Source: Podospora anserina (Eukaryota). From it: 64,000 nucleotides of DNA. Numbering within the stretch: the stretch's first letter is position 1; the number at the start of each line of letters is the position of its first letter. The translations under genes and the position numbers were made by a program. Location: NCBI GenBank assembly GCA_017654855.1, contig CM030332.1, positions 4,402,001 through 4,466,000 of the forward strand. The letters are read 5' to 3'. Below the pieces are notes generated by a model that was not told the DNA's origin, made no database searches, and saw nothing but the letters and a program-made list of their open reading frames with translations. Positions 50,687 to 62,900 of the stretch are shown piece after piece.

Positions 50687-51549
50687 TTATCTCGTCTCGG
50701 TGGTCTGGCTGATCAGCCCCTTTTCCGCCAGGTACTCTACAATCTTCCTCACTGATTCCTCCACGCTCAGCTGATCGGTTCGGATGGTGATTTCTGGATT
50801 CCCAGGGGCCTCGTACGGCGCCGAGATGCCAGTAAAGTCCTTGATCTCACCAGCACGCGCCTTCTTGTAGAGACCCTTGGGATCTCTCTTCTCGGCCTCC
50901 TCCAGAGGGATATCCACAAAGACTTCGATGAACGGGAGTGCGTCGTCGCCGGACTGCGAGGCGTTCGCATGCAAGTCGCGGGCGATCTGCCGGTCGGCCC
51001 GGTAAGGAGAGATGAAGGATGTCAGGGCAATGGTGGACGAGTCAGCGAACAACTTGGCAACCTAAGTCGAAGCACAGTATTTTATGATTAGTAACCAGAT
51101 CGCACGCCCATCAACAAACCCGAGTGACAGGCCGGATTTCCTACCTCAGCAATGCGGCGGATATTCTCGTTGCGGTCTTTCTCCGAGAAGCCCAGGTCCT
51201 TGTTCAGGCCGAAGCGAACATTGTCGCCGTCGAGCCTGTAGGCGGCAAGGCCGATATGAAGCAAGTGCTGCTCAAGGGCAGTGGCAACGGTCGACTTTCC
51301 CGAGGCAGAGAGACCCGTGAACCAAACAGTAAAGCCGCGTTGGCCACGGAGTTGGTTTCGCTCATGGCGCGAGAGCGATGGATGCCAGGTAATGTTGCTA
51401 TCGCCCGGTGTCAATACTCCTGGTTCATGGGCTGGTGCGAGACACATCTGCCCCGCCATGAGCCAGCTGTGCTCAGGGACATCAGAAGCTCTAGACTCGG
51501 CCCCGAATAGCGGGACGGAGAAGCAACCAGGTTCAACTTACGTGGCCAT
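50687..51549 (-). CDS. MET14: Adenylyl-sulfate (APS) kinase
   Basis: 8-nt first exon (ATGGCCAC). MATNITWH...[12 protein letters not shown] (P-loop), [48 protein letters not shown]. Confidence 0.96.
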
Positions 51550-51866
51550 TATGACGAGTGTCGGACTATCCAGGGACGGCGTCCTTAACGTTCAGTTTGG
51601 ATTAACAAGTTGGGATGAGGGTCCAACACAAGAATCGATATACATATGGATGGCGGGGTCATAAACGACAATATATATATACATGTAACAAATTCCAACG
51701 CCTGGGTGAGTGGGTCATTGTTTCTGCAACCGTTCGGCCGTCCCTGCAGCGAATGTGACTCGACTTGACTCCGATTCGGAGCTGGAGCCCTGCAAAAAGG
51801 TCGCCATTGTTGGTCAGTTTGATGTTTCCATCCCAGCATTGAAGCCTTGGTCTGGTCGGATGGCAG

Positions 51867-51876
51867 ATGGCGTCAT
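51867..51876. promoter_or_regulatory. CYS-3/MetR bZIP sulfur-regulon site
   Basis: ATGGCGTCAT matches the consensus ATGRYRYCAT and lies about 320 bp upstream of the APS kinase ATG. Confidence 0.65.
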
Positions 51877-52224
51877 TTTTTAGCTGCTGCGTGCATGGGA
51901 AATACCCCACACCCCACATTGATGTGTGTCTTGGCGGCTTGTCAAGGGCTCTTCTTCCACTTGCACTCTCCACATGCAGCGATTGTACTATGAAGCATTG
52001 CGCCCCTACATGACTGGTGTCGACTATTTACGGCCGATCGCGACCTGCTACTACCAAAGCGGCAGCAGCATCTGCTCTAACTATACCTCTATTCAGATGC
52101 CTCTATTAAGATGCCTCTATGCGAAATAGCAACGATGTAAATGTATGTCTACCCCCTACAACTTCTATCCACGCCATGTGTCATCTCCCAATCCCCCACT
52201 CACCACGAGCTTGCGTGCGCTGTT

Positions 52225-53254
52225 TCATGTTACTGGGTAAATCTTTGCCATGGTCTGTAAGCGCCAAGTTTGTCAGCAGAACGTGTCTTGAATCGGCTTG
52301 GGGGTCTGCATTCAGAAATGTCCATACCGATGCTTGTCTAGGAGAAATGAAAAGAGCGCTCGCCGTGGCCAGTACTGTTGGCTGCTGGCCCTCCTCGGTA
52401 GGCAAAGTCTCGATATGGCCCTCGACCCACGCTTTCCTCCCCTCTGCCTTGACTGTCGTCGCCCGGAGCACCAGATACTGATTGGCCATGGCGGGTGCCT
52501 TGTAGTTGATCTCAAGCTTGGCTGTCATGCCCACATTAAAAGGCAGCACCGGAAAAGAGCACCGCGCCAGCCCCTCGTCCAACATCGTGGCGAGGAATCC
52601 GCCGTGGATGATGCCTTCATGGCCGCACAAGTCGGTTCCCACGTGCGATATTTGAACATAGCTCTTGCCGCTTCGTTCTGACCAACTAAAAGGCGGAACT
52701 GTCACTTTCCCTGGTCCCATGAGTGTGCCGCCTGTCAAGTTGTGCTTCCTCCAGGTCTCGGGTATCTTCATGTGCGGGCGAGACTCAATCATATCAGGGT
52801 CGGCGCGAAGGGAGGCGACCAGGGGGTGTGAGTTGATGTAGTCTTCCTTGGCCTTGGCATCGTCGTCTTCGGGAGTGTACATGGTGAGGCTGGCAGCATC
52901 ATCTGGTGGCGAGAGGATTGTCCTAGCGGACTCGTACGCGGGCGCAGCGGCCATGATGAAGCCGAGAGCGGTAAAGAGGAGGATGCGGCCGGTGACGGAG
53001 GCGGTTCGACGGAAAAACGGCGGTTTATCGGCTGCAACGGAAGCACTGGCCGAATCTAGGGACCGATCAGGCAGACTGTCAGTGGCCTAGTTTACAGGAC
53101 GCAGAGCATATACCATGATTGCTTTGAGCTTACCTGTGGTAGTCGAGATAGCACGAGACGGTGGTGTTGGGATACAGTGCCTAGACCTAGGGGTAGAGAC
53201 AAGGCGGAGGGTGGAAGTATGGCGGCGCGTGGCCGAGAGTAAATGGGAGGACAT
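52225..53254 (-). CDS. Mitochondrial hot-dog-fold thioesterase (PaaI/THEM4/Fmp10-like)
   Basis: Exon 1 MSSHLLSATRRHTSTLRL... is presequence-like. Core has LCGHEGIIHGGFLATMLDEGLARC and GMTAKLEINYKAP. Last exon TMAKIYPVT-TGA. Confidence 0.88.
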
Positions 53255-54094
53255 GGCGAAGAGGCGGCCTCGGGCGAGGAAGACAAGACGGGTTTTATGT
53301 CACCGAAATCCGGGTTTCGCAACCTGTCTGCCAGGCACCGCACGACGGCTGGCGGGAATTGCTTTGGACGGATCCACCTTGCTCGCGTCGATGTCGCAGG
53401 CGAGCGGACACACGGAGAGGGTGGATCCCGGGAGGCTAGGGTCTAGATGCAAATCTGTCAGCCAGTTTACTTATCATGAACATGGCAGACGCCAAAAGAT
53501 ATAGATATTGAGGGAATACACTGCCCAGGCTTCGAGTCTATGTTCAAGCAGCGCCGGACCGGCATAGAGCAATGCTGAAGAACTTACTGCAGTAACTCTG
53601 GTGAGACTGAGCTTCGATGTCAGTGCCAACGGCACAAGCTTGTACCGACGTGACCAGCAATCAGGTCTTGCGGGAAGGAGTGCCGGGGTGAACGAAGCAG
53701 AACACGGCTTCAAAACCTCGGCAACGGTTTTCATGGCACCCGGAGGCGCCGGCTCAAGATGGTGACGTCTTGGCACAAATGCTTAGCTAAGGTGTGTGCA
53801 TCGTCGAGGCTTACACATGGAATCTTCAGACACGCAATGTCTCACAGCCACGAGACAGAATCCCGTGTTCTGGCGTGCAGGATGCACGGGCGCAAGCAAT
53901 CTGTGCCTTCATCTCGTGGCCGGCCACTGACGCAATTGGATGAACTGCTCACTTGCCTTGAATTGAAGCAACAGAAATGGTTGACATGCCCCTCCATCTG
54001 AGCCCACCCACTATTTTATTTTCCTCTATTACCGCTGCTGCTTCTGTTACTATTCACCGCTCCCAGTCCATACATATACACAGTAACACCCATT

Positions 54095-54752
54095 ATGGTA
54101 CGTTTGCTGGCAAGCAACATCCCCCAGTCGTGGCGGTGGCTAGCCCTGTTAACTGTAGTAGGCCACCGCAGAAACCGTCGAGCTCGGGGCCACTCATGAG
54201 CCAAAGGAGGAGTCGCTCCGGGTCTTTGAGCAGATTGAACATGAATTGAAGAAAACACTCGTTCATATCCGTCACGAGCATGACAGTGAGCCAAAATAGC
54301 CTGCCTTTTCGCCCATTCCTGGCCAGCAAGGTCCTGATCGCTTACACATTTGCATTTGTCCCCCATAAAAGAACATGAGCCGGAATACTTTGCGGCTACT
54401 GAGCATCTCAGTGATGCCGAGTTAGCCGGCTTTACGCTTACGACTTCCAGCAAGTTCGTGTCGCCGTCTCCGCATACGGGATTCATATCTTCGGCAAAGT
54501 CAGGATTCCCGCTCTGCCTGATGATGGCCCAGCCTACATTCATTTCCGTGCTTTCACCGGAGGCCCGGACGACGAAGCCAAGCTCCACAGTATCCGTAAG
54601 TCAAAGTGCAAAGGCATAGGAGGTCAATGGAGACCCGAGAAGTGCTCAGCTTATAGTGCAAAGATACCGAAGACAAGGAAGAACCCGATGGTGGCCACAC
54701 TTTCCGCGCCATCTTCACAAAAAACGATCCGCTGGAGTGGTTCGACACCTAG
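54095..54752 (+). pseudogene. Small four-exon hypothetical gene with an apparent 1-nt deletion frameshift (pseudogene or sequencing error)
   Basis: ATG | ATAETVELGATHEPKEESLRVFEQIEHELKKTLVHIRHEHD | KHEPEYFAATEHLSDAELAGFTL, frame break at about 54440, then DFQQVRVAVSAYGIHIFGKVRIPALP...LHSI | HTEDKEEPDGGHTFRAIFTKNDPLEWFDT-stop. Introns 54098-54161, 54286-54371 and 54596-54663. Confidence 0.65.
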
Positions 54753-54915
54753 AACCTCTGCCCATGATACCCACAGGGCTGACTTAGATAGCAATAAAAC
54801 AAGCCACTTTTTGCCCCCTTTTTTGATTAACACAAACTCCCGTCCACCCTAAATAGTGAGGAGTCTCAATAGTTGTGACCTCGCACTTTCCAACCAAAAT
54901 GCTGTACAGGACATG

Positions 54916-57900
54916 CTAGTCTTCCAACCCGTCTTGCTCGTCGGCCAACATCTCGGCGTAGTCATCAACTGAAGCGAACGTGGGGAGAGCCTTGAGCTCC
55001 TTCTTCCTACGTCTGGCCTCGCTGAACTTCTTCGGTGCCTCCTCCTTGGGTCCCTGGGCCTTGCCTTCCTCGCCTTCACCGTCATCGTCTTCGCCTTCCT
55101 CGGAATCTCCAAAGATGCCCTCGAATCCATCATCATCAGAAACATCCGACCCGAGGTCTTCCATATCCTGATCAATCGTAGCATCAACGTCCATGTCCTC
55201 GTCGGAATCCTCGTAGCCCTCCATGTCAATGTCTGAAACCTCGTCCGCATCGTCTCCCTCGACCTCGGGCCGAGAATTGACCAGCGCTTCCCAGATCTCG
55301 TCTTCGGCCTCCTCGTCATCAGAATCAGCCGCAACCTTGGCCTCCTCCTTCTTCTTTACGCCCTCGGCAGGCTTGCCAATACGGGCAAAGTATTCGTGAA
55401 AGAAGACATCTTCGGCCGAGACTTGTTCGGGCTTCAAATTCCAGAATGAAGCCGAGTTGACAGTCTTGGCCTGTTTGGCTCCTGCCTTGTGAGATGCCAC
55501 AATGTGCGAGGCGCTGCCCGACGCAAGTACAGGCTGCATGATAGAACCACCCCGTTTGGGATCCTCAGTCTTGGGATTGCGGTACACAAACCTGTCAAGG
55601 AAGTGCATCAACGTATGGTTGGCCAGGTCAGGCTTGGGAAGCTTCTTGTCCTGTCGAGACAGCAGATTTGTAGCAAACACGCCAACTGATGGGTGATAAT
55701 GGGAAATGAACGGTACCTAGAACAGAGAAAACACTGTGATTAGTGCATGGCCACAAACCTACGGCATGACTTCAATTGGAAGAACAGCACTTACCAGCTC
55801 CCAGAGGCAGCTCCGGTGGGCATTGCTATGCTCCGGGTCTCGTTTGCGGCCATCGTAATCCCCACTGCGTCGAAGGGTTGTCGTTTCTCCCTCTTGCACA
55901 GGAGCCTGGGTGTGAGGCTCGTCGTCCCTAACATCCTTGTACACCTCGTCCTCATCGTCCTCGTTATCTTCCGGCTCGTCAAGCAAAGTATGAAGGTCCG
56001 GGAAATTGGACTGCAGCTCGGCGATCAAAAACAAGATTCCACAGGCGAACGGAGCTTGGTGCAAGCTCAAAACCTGAACCAGTCTCTTGACAAAGGCCTT
56101 AACGCGCCGAACGTCGACGTCGTTCTTCATGGCCCGATACAAAAGATTAAGATACAGCGCCTGCTTGGATGAAGTGATAAGTCTTGGGTCGAGGAGAGAC
56201 TCATACAATGTCCGGTAAAACCTATCCACGGCCAACAGTTTTGATGAGGCTAGCTGCTGTATGAGCATTAGGGCCTGCACACTCGTGTTGAAATTGGATG
56301 AATGTGTGATCCGGAAGAGGGTATCGAGGTGCTTTTCCAGAGTCGAGTCATCGGCCCCGGCAAAAGGGATGGCTCGGTTGACGCCTGTGAGTAACGAAGA
56401 TACTAGCTTTTGCGCCGTTTCCTGCTCGTTTCCAGTAACGGTAGTGCTGGGTCCCTTCCGCTTCTTGTCCTTCTTCCGGTTGTGGTCGACCTTTTTCTCA
56501 CTGTCCAGGCCACCCATATCACCCAGTGAGCCCGTCTTTAACAGTGACAAGAAGGACTCAAAATATATCCGCAGAAGGTTGTCGGCAATGGCGGGCTCCT
56601 TCGTACTCAGGATTGTCTGGTTCAAAGTGTTGACAGCATAATACCTTGCGCGCATACTTTGCCCTGGCTTGAGAAGAACCTCGAGCTCCACATTCTTGAT
56701 GACGACAGCTTTCATTCCTGGGTGGAGATTCAACAACTGCAAAATAAGATACGACGCTCGTGATGCAATTTTGCGCTCCCGGTCGCCCAACTTGTTCACG
56801 AGCAGCCGGAGGAGATTGGCCTCCTGCTCAGGCTTGCTTTTGAGAAGGCCAAAGACGAAATCGAGAGCTCGCGACCTCGAGTATTCAATCTCATCGGAAC
56901 ACCAGGTCTCCAAGAGCTGGATGATGCGGAAGTAGGCATCTTTAAGCCAATCCTCATATGCCCACATCATCAAATGCGACTGGGTAAGCTTGCCGGGCAG
57001 CTTGCTAGATTGCGTCCATGGGGAAGAGCCCTGTCCCTGAAGAGCGCACAGGAGTGCAGGCTGAGCACCGAAAACTCGTAGACGACGGTCGCTTGGGAGC
57101 ACTGAACCGTTGCCTAGAAGATCAACCAGCGCCCCCAGCGCTGCGATTGCTTGTCCGCGGCTTTTCTTGCCAGCAAGCGCGATCAGATTTTCGAAAGCCT
57201 TGCAGGTATGAAGGGGGGACTCCTGTATAGACAAGGTGAGAGCTGATACCTTGTCCGACAGTGTGCCGGATGACATGATGGTGGACATAAACCTCTGGGT
57301 CGAGCTCGAGGACTGTTTTTTGTTAAAAGCTGCCGAGTCTTCGTCCAAAAGCGCCTGCGCATATGTCTTCAAATTGGCAATCGAAGCGAAGTGCGGTTTG
57401 GCATTGCCAGAAACAGTAGACGGAAGACCCTCCATCGAGAGGCCGTGCCAATCAGGTCTTGGTTCAAAAATCTAGTCCATGTTAGCCACAAGTTTTTGAC
57501 CCTGAGGTAACAAGGTGCAACCGCGAAGTACTAACCAGCTTGCCTGATTTCTTGCCCTGGCGAGCTTCTTGCCGCTGGTCCACTACTTCTTTCACTTTCT
57601 CAGCAACGGGCTCTTCCGCTTGGCCTTCCTGATCTTCGTCGAGTTCTGCTTCCTCCTCCTCCTCCTCCTGGTCTTCTTGTTGTTGTTCATCTTCCCCCTC
57701 GCCCTCTTCCTCCGTGTCTAGCTCGGCCTCCCCGCCCTTAACATCCTCGTCTTCCGGCTCAGAATCATCGGTATTGGGGTCTTCCTCGTCGTCACGTAGC
57801 TTCTGGAAGCCAAGGCTGGAAGCGAACTTGGCTAGCTCTTGCCGGAGGGCATCGTCTAAAGAGCCATCGGCCGCAGCAGGCTTGGACTTGGGCGCATCAC

Positions 57901-58216
57901 CATCCTCGTTGTCTGATTCAAGATTGGCTACCAATTCGAGATCCTCCTTGTCTCCGCCGAGGGCTAGAATCTCGTCCAAGAGAACAGTGCGCTTGTCGCT
58001 TCTCCCTCCTTGCTTTTGCTGCTCGTGAGGCTTGGTCTGGCGTCGCTTCGAGTCGGGGGCATCGTCGCTGTCGCGCTGTCTCTTGCGCTTTGTCGTCTCC
58101 TGCTTCTCAGATCCACCAAGAGTCTTGTCAATTTTGCTTGTCAGTTTAGCAAGGGCGGCCTCATCAAATGTTGGTTTCGCAGCCTTTTTCTTGTCCTTCG
58201 TGCGCTTGATACCCAT
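54916..58216 (-). CDS. MAK21: Ribosome biogenesis protein Mak21/Noc1 (CBF domain)
   Basis: Three exons. SGTLSDKVSALTL, EQEANLLRLLVNKLGD, DRFYRTLYESL, YDGRKRDP, TLMHFLDRFVYRNPK, acidic tail and LPTFASVDDYAEML. Confidence 0.93.
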
Positions 58217-58661
58217 TGCGTCTCGCCGAGCTCACAGGAGCTGTTTGTAGGAATTGCTGAGAATTCAATGGCGAATGGGCGGGGTGATGGACAGGGCTCC
58301 CGTGAAGTGCGTGTGTCTGGAAAGAATTGCGTGTTGGGCTGCGTCAAACTGGGAATTGTCGACTGCTTTGGTCGACCGACTGAAGTTTTGGAGTGGGGAG
58401 AAAAAAAAAGTTGAAGTAGCACTGGAGCCAACCCTGCACGCCGCCCGTCTCCCGGCAGGCAAGCTCAGGGTGGGGCCTCAGTAGCAAGCTGCGGCCCGCT
58501 GCGCAGTCAACGGGGGGTCTGTTATTGGACAGAAAATACGGAGTAGTTGAGGCTGTTGAACTAAACTATCCTACGATATATCTTGTCCTTTCTGTATGCC
58601 AGATGCCGCCAACATGTTGCGGGACCACCCGAGGTAAAATCACCAAGAAAACCGCCACAGT

Positions 58662-60522
58662 ATGATCCCGCCCGCGCTCGCCCGCCTCTCGCGGGTATGG
58701 TTTCCCACCAAAAAAAGACCAGCATCGGGAGTAGAAAATGGGCATGCGAAGCTGATCCGTGCTGGGTTTTTGCGCCCTTCTCACGCCGGTATCTTCCACA
58801 TGCTTCCTCTGGGGAGGCGCGTGCAGACCAAGCTCGAGGAGCTGGTGGCCAGACATATGGAGCATATGTTGGGTGAGTCTCTCCCTCGGCGCACTAACCA
58901 TGGTCCCATGCTTACCCATGGCCACTGTCCCGGTCTCCAGCTGCCTCGAGGGTCTCGTTGTCGGCTGTATCAAGCCAGTCTCTCTGGGACAAGAGTGGGA
59001 GGCTTGAGAATACCGCGTCCGAGGTGTGTCAAATCGTCATGCCTTGTTTGAACACCTGGTGTTGACACTGCCTTCCCTGCAGCTCTTCAAGTTCTCTGAC
59101 CGTAAAAACGTTGGCTACCTTCTGGCCCCAACACATGAAGAGGAAATTACCGCTCTGGTGGCCCAGACGGCCAAGACAGCAAAGGATCTCCCCCTCAGGC
59201 TATTTCAGATTACACCCAAGTACCGCGATGAGTTTCGCCCGCGCCATGGCCTCCTCCGCGGACGAGAATTCGTTATGAAGGACCTCTATACCTTCGACAG
59301 CAGCAAAGAGTCCGCTCTAGAAACCTACGATAACGTTCGTCTGGTGTATTCGCAGATATTTGAGGAGATGAAACTCCCAGTGTTAGCAGCCAAGGCCAGC
59401 TCAGGTAACATGGGAGGTAATCTCAGCCACGAATACCATCTTCCCACGCCACTTGGAGAAGACCATGTTATCAGTTGTGATAGCTGTAACTATGTTGCTA
59501 ACGAGGAGGTGGCTGAATCAGTACTTTCTGACCAGGTTGTCAGTGACACGACCTTCCGCGTCTGGCGAGGCATCACCAAGGACCGAACCAAATTGGTCAA
59601 CGTCTGGTACCCCAAGCAAACACAACCCCTTGGTGGGGGTGCGTTGAGAGAGTATACGGACCTCGACATAAACATTGCGGAGGTGAAATCCATAATCCCT
59701 GACCTGGATGCCGGTGTTGAGGATGCGCTGCCGCTGTGGTCGACGGCGGCAGCTGCGGGTGGGACAGCTGTGGAGCTCGTGAACATTGTTGACTGCCGGC
59801 TTCCGCTGTCCTTCTCTGAGAGCCTGGTGGGAACTAAGCCAACCATCCCAAGTTGGCCCAAAAATTTGACGCCACGCAACCAAGTGCCAGTGTCGGTTTC
59901 AGTTCAAAACACCAACCAATGGAACAAAGACAGACCACTCAATCTCATTCGGATCCAGACAGGCGACAAGTGCCCTTCGTGCGCATCCGGACATCTAAAG
60001 GCAGAGAAGGCAATGGAGTTAGGACACACATTTTACCTTGGCACCCGGTACTCAGAAGCCCTGGGAGCTACAATCTTGGTGCCCAATGATGAGAGGAAAG
60101 CTGTGCCAATGCAGATGGGTTGCTATGGAATCGGTATCTCCCGGATTCTTGGCGCCGTCGCAGAGCTCCTGATGGACGAAAAGGGATTGAATTGGCCGGT
60201 GGCTATTGCACCCTACTCCTGTGTCATAGTTATGGGCGCTGGTGTCGACGAACAGGATGCAGTGGAGGTGTATCGCCAGATCAACCAGATAGGACGAGTT
60301 CAGGCCAAATATCTGGATGTCGTGCTGGACGACAGGCAAAAGACTCTACCCTGGAAGTTGATGGATGCCGATTTAGCTGGTTTCCCCATCATAGTCACGC
60401 TTGGGAGGGAGTGGCTTGCGGCAAAACGCCTCGAGGTACAATGTCGACGATTAGGGGTAAAGCAAGCAGTCGGGATAACCGAGCTACCACAGATAATAGC
60501 CAAGTTGCACGGAGACTTGTAG
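58662..60522 (+). CDS. Prolyl-tRNA synthetase, bacterial/mitochondrial type (Aim10-like)
   Basis: LIRAGFLRPSHAGIFHMLPLG, LAPTHEEEIT, KYRDEFRPRHGLLRGREFVMKDLY, ELGHTFYLGTRYS, MGCYGIGISR, WPVAIAPY. Two introns. Start codon uncertain. Confidence 0.92.
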
Positions 60523-61959
60523 GGCTGTATCCACTGTATAAATATACATCTGATGCGTGCTGCTATCACGACCAATAACACCAATGGGTTCTGCTTAATC
60601 TCGAAATCATTTATACCTACTCAACCAAGACGGGTGTGTGAGCAAGCAACTCCTACCTACCAAGCGTGCAAAACCCTCCTAGGATCATTATTTCGGCCAT
60701 TTTAAAGGAACATTGACTGTGCGGCTCTTGCTATCCCTGTAGACAGGTTGGGCGATCGTAAGTCGCCTTTGTTCCACCTGTCACTGCTATCCTTGAGACC
60801 TTCACAACCCGCTTTACAGGCTCGGTGTAGTAGTTCCATGTGGTTCCCGAACAAGTATTGACGCTGATCTAAGGGAGAGTGTTGCTCCTGGCTAAACTGA
60901 GATAGTGCCACTGACCTCGAACCCCGGCCTATCTGTAAAGGATTTCGGCATAATAAAACAGAACAAAGGGTACTTTTAAATGCTTTTAACAAGTTGATAA
61001 TAATATAGCTTTCAAAGTATAAAATAATTTATTTTAATGATTTTATAAATAATTTTGTTAACAAATAGAAAAGAAGTAATGTAAATCTTTTTAAATATAT
61101 TTTATTATTACATTTTTGATGTTTCTTTTAACTTTAAATAAAACAAATTTTATTAAATAATATCTAGAAAATATTCTGCTTATATAATTTTTATTTAACT
61201 AGTTACTATTAAAAATTAAAGTATTATTCTAATATAACTTTTAATATGTAAATTAAACTGTAATTTAGACTTCATAAATATAAAGTTCAGTTTATAATTA
61301 CTTTTATGTTATAAAACTTATTAGATATTTATGTATCATAATAGTACATTCAATATTTATGTAAAAATTGAAAGAAAACAATTAATAAAAATAAAGATAT
61401 TTCAATTATAATACTTTTTGTATTTATTTGTTAACTTTTCTACTTTAAGGAAATTAGTTAGTTAGGCTTTTAGAAGTAAAAAACCTATTTGAAATGTAGT
61501 TTTTTGGTTTTATAAATATATAAATATATTAAAGTTTAAAACAGTTTTAGTAATCTTAAATAATAAATTAATAATTATTATAATATTAGCTTAATACATT
61601 TACTTATATAGTCCTAACTACCTAGGTTTCGATGGGCAGTAAGCTTTCTTATAGAGCCTACTGTAAAATTTCTAAGGTTATAAAACATTTATATATTTAT
61701 TTTTTATAAGGCGTAACTATAATAATACGAAATTAATAAGAAGAAATGTAGTCGGTGAATTATTAAAGGTAGAAATTTTTTTAAAAAGAATTAATACGTA
61801 AATATTTATAACTTCGAACATCTTTAATTATTGTAAAAAACCCCTCTACCCAAAGAAACCTAATTATTTAGGTCTTTATAAATAGAGAAGATTCCTATAT
61901 AATTTACCAATCCTAAATAAACGAAATAATCAAATTAAACATAAAATTTATACTTCTTA

Positions 61960-62330
61960 TGTGACGAACCCCTGTACAGAACCTCTGAAAGGGATACGGG
62001 TTGAAGGTAACTTCTGACAATTGGTTCGGTGCAGCTAGACAGTGCACAACAAGATGTCTCAATGTAAACACAAGATACCGTGAATACAACTGTGGATTGC
62101 ATACTGCGGAACTGTCTATCTACACCAGCCAGTTCCTCTGTATATATAGACCTGTTTATCACCATTATCACCAGTGATAATGTCGATTATTACTCGTCGT
62201 TCACCGAAGGCTGGTGATAATTGTGATTATCACCCTTGGCGCTAGTGATAATCTGACTTCCCCACTTTTCCGTTCCTAGTGGTTAGACGGGTCGCGCCCC
62301 GCGCTCCCCACTTATGTCAGGTCCGTGACA
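61960..62330. mobile_element. Solo LTR (371 bp), little or no RIP, with 5-bp TSD
   Basis: Starts TGTGACG and ends CGTGACA (TG...CA, imperfect terminal inverted repeat). Flanked by TCTTA at 61955-61959 and 62331-62335. Confidence 0.9.
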
Positions 62331-62462
62331 TCTTACTAGGGTAAAAAAATATAATACCAAAAGAGTACGAGGTTAGCGGAAAGAAGTAAAGTTGATTAAT
62401 TTTCGGAAACAACGAAAATATTTCCTTTCCGCTTTAGTTTGAGGTATAGATTTACGCCTAAT

Positions 62463-62900
62463 TGTGACGAACCCCTATACAGAACCTTTAAAAGGGATAC
62501 GGGTTAAAGGTAACTTCTAATAATTAGTTCGGTGCAGCTAAACAGTATATAATAAAATGTCTTAATATAAATATAAAATACCGTAAATATAATTATAAAT
62601 TACATACTACGGAACTATCTATCTATATTAGCTAGTTCCTGTATATATATAAACTTCTTTTCCTAACTGTAATTCCTTTAATTAATATCCTAAGTATATT
62701 AATTACTTACGTTTAGCCTAATTAATATCCTAATTATATTAATTATCCCAGCCTAGCCTATTTAATTTAATTAATATTTTAATCGTATTAATTACCGTCC
62801 CTTACTATAATTAGCTTTCTTAAGTATTTTCCTAATTAGCCTTTACTCCCGTAATTCTATAACTAATCGTTATTCTCGTTTATATATTAGGGTTATAATA
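62463..62900. mobile_element. RIP-mutated related LTR copy
   Basis: The first ~190 bp align with the 61960 LTR through mostly CA>TA and TG>TA changes. The right end is tentative: GGTTATAATA could be a RIP-mutated G-G-T-C-G-T-G-A-C-A terminus. Confidence 0.75.
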
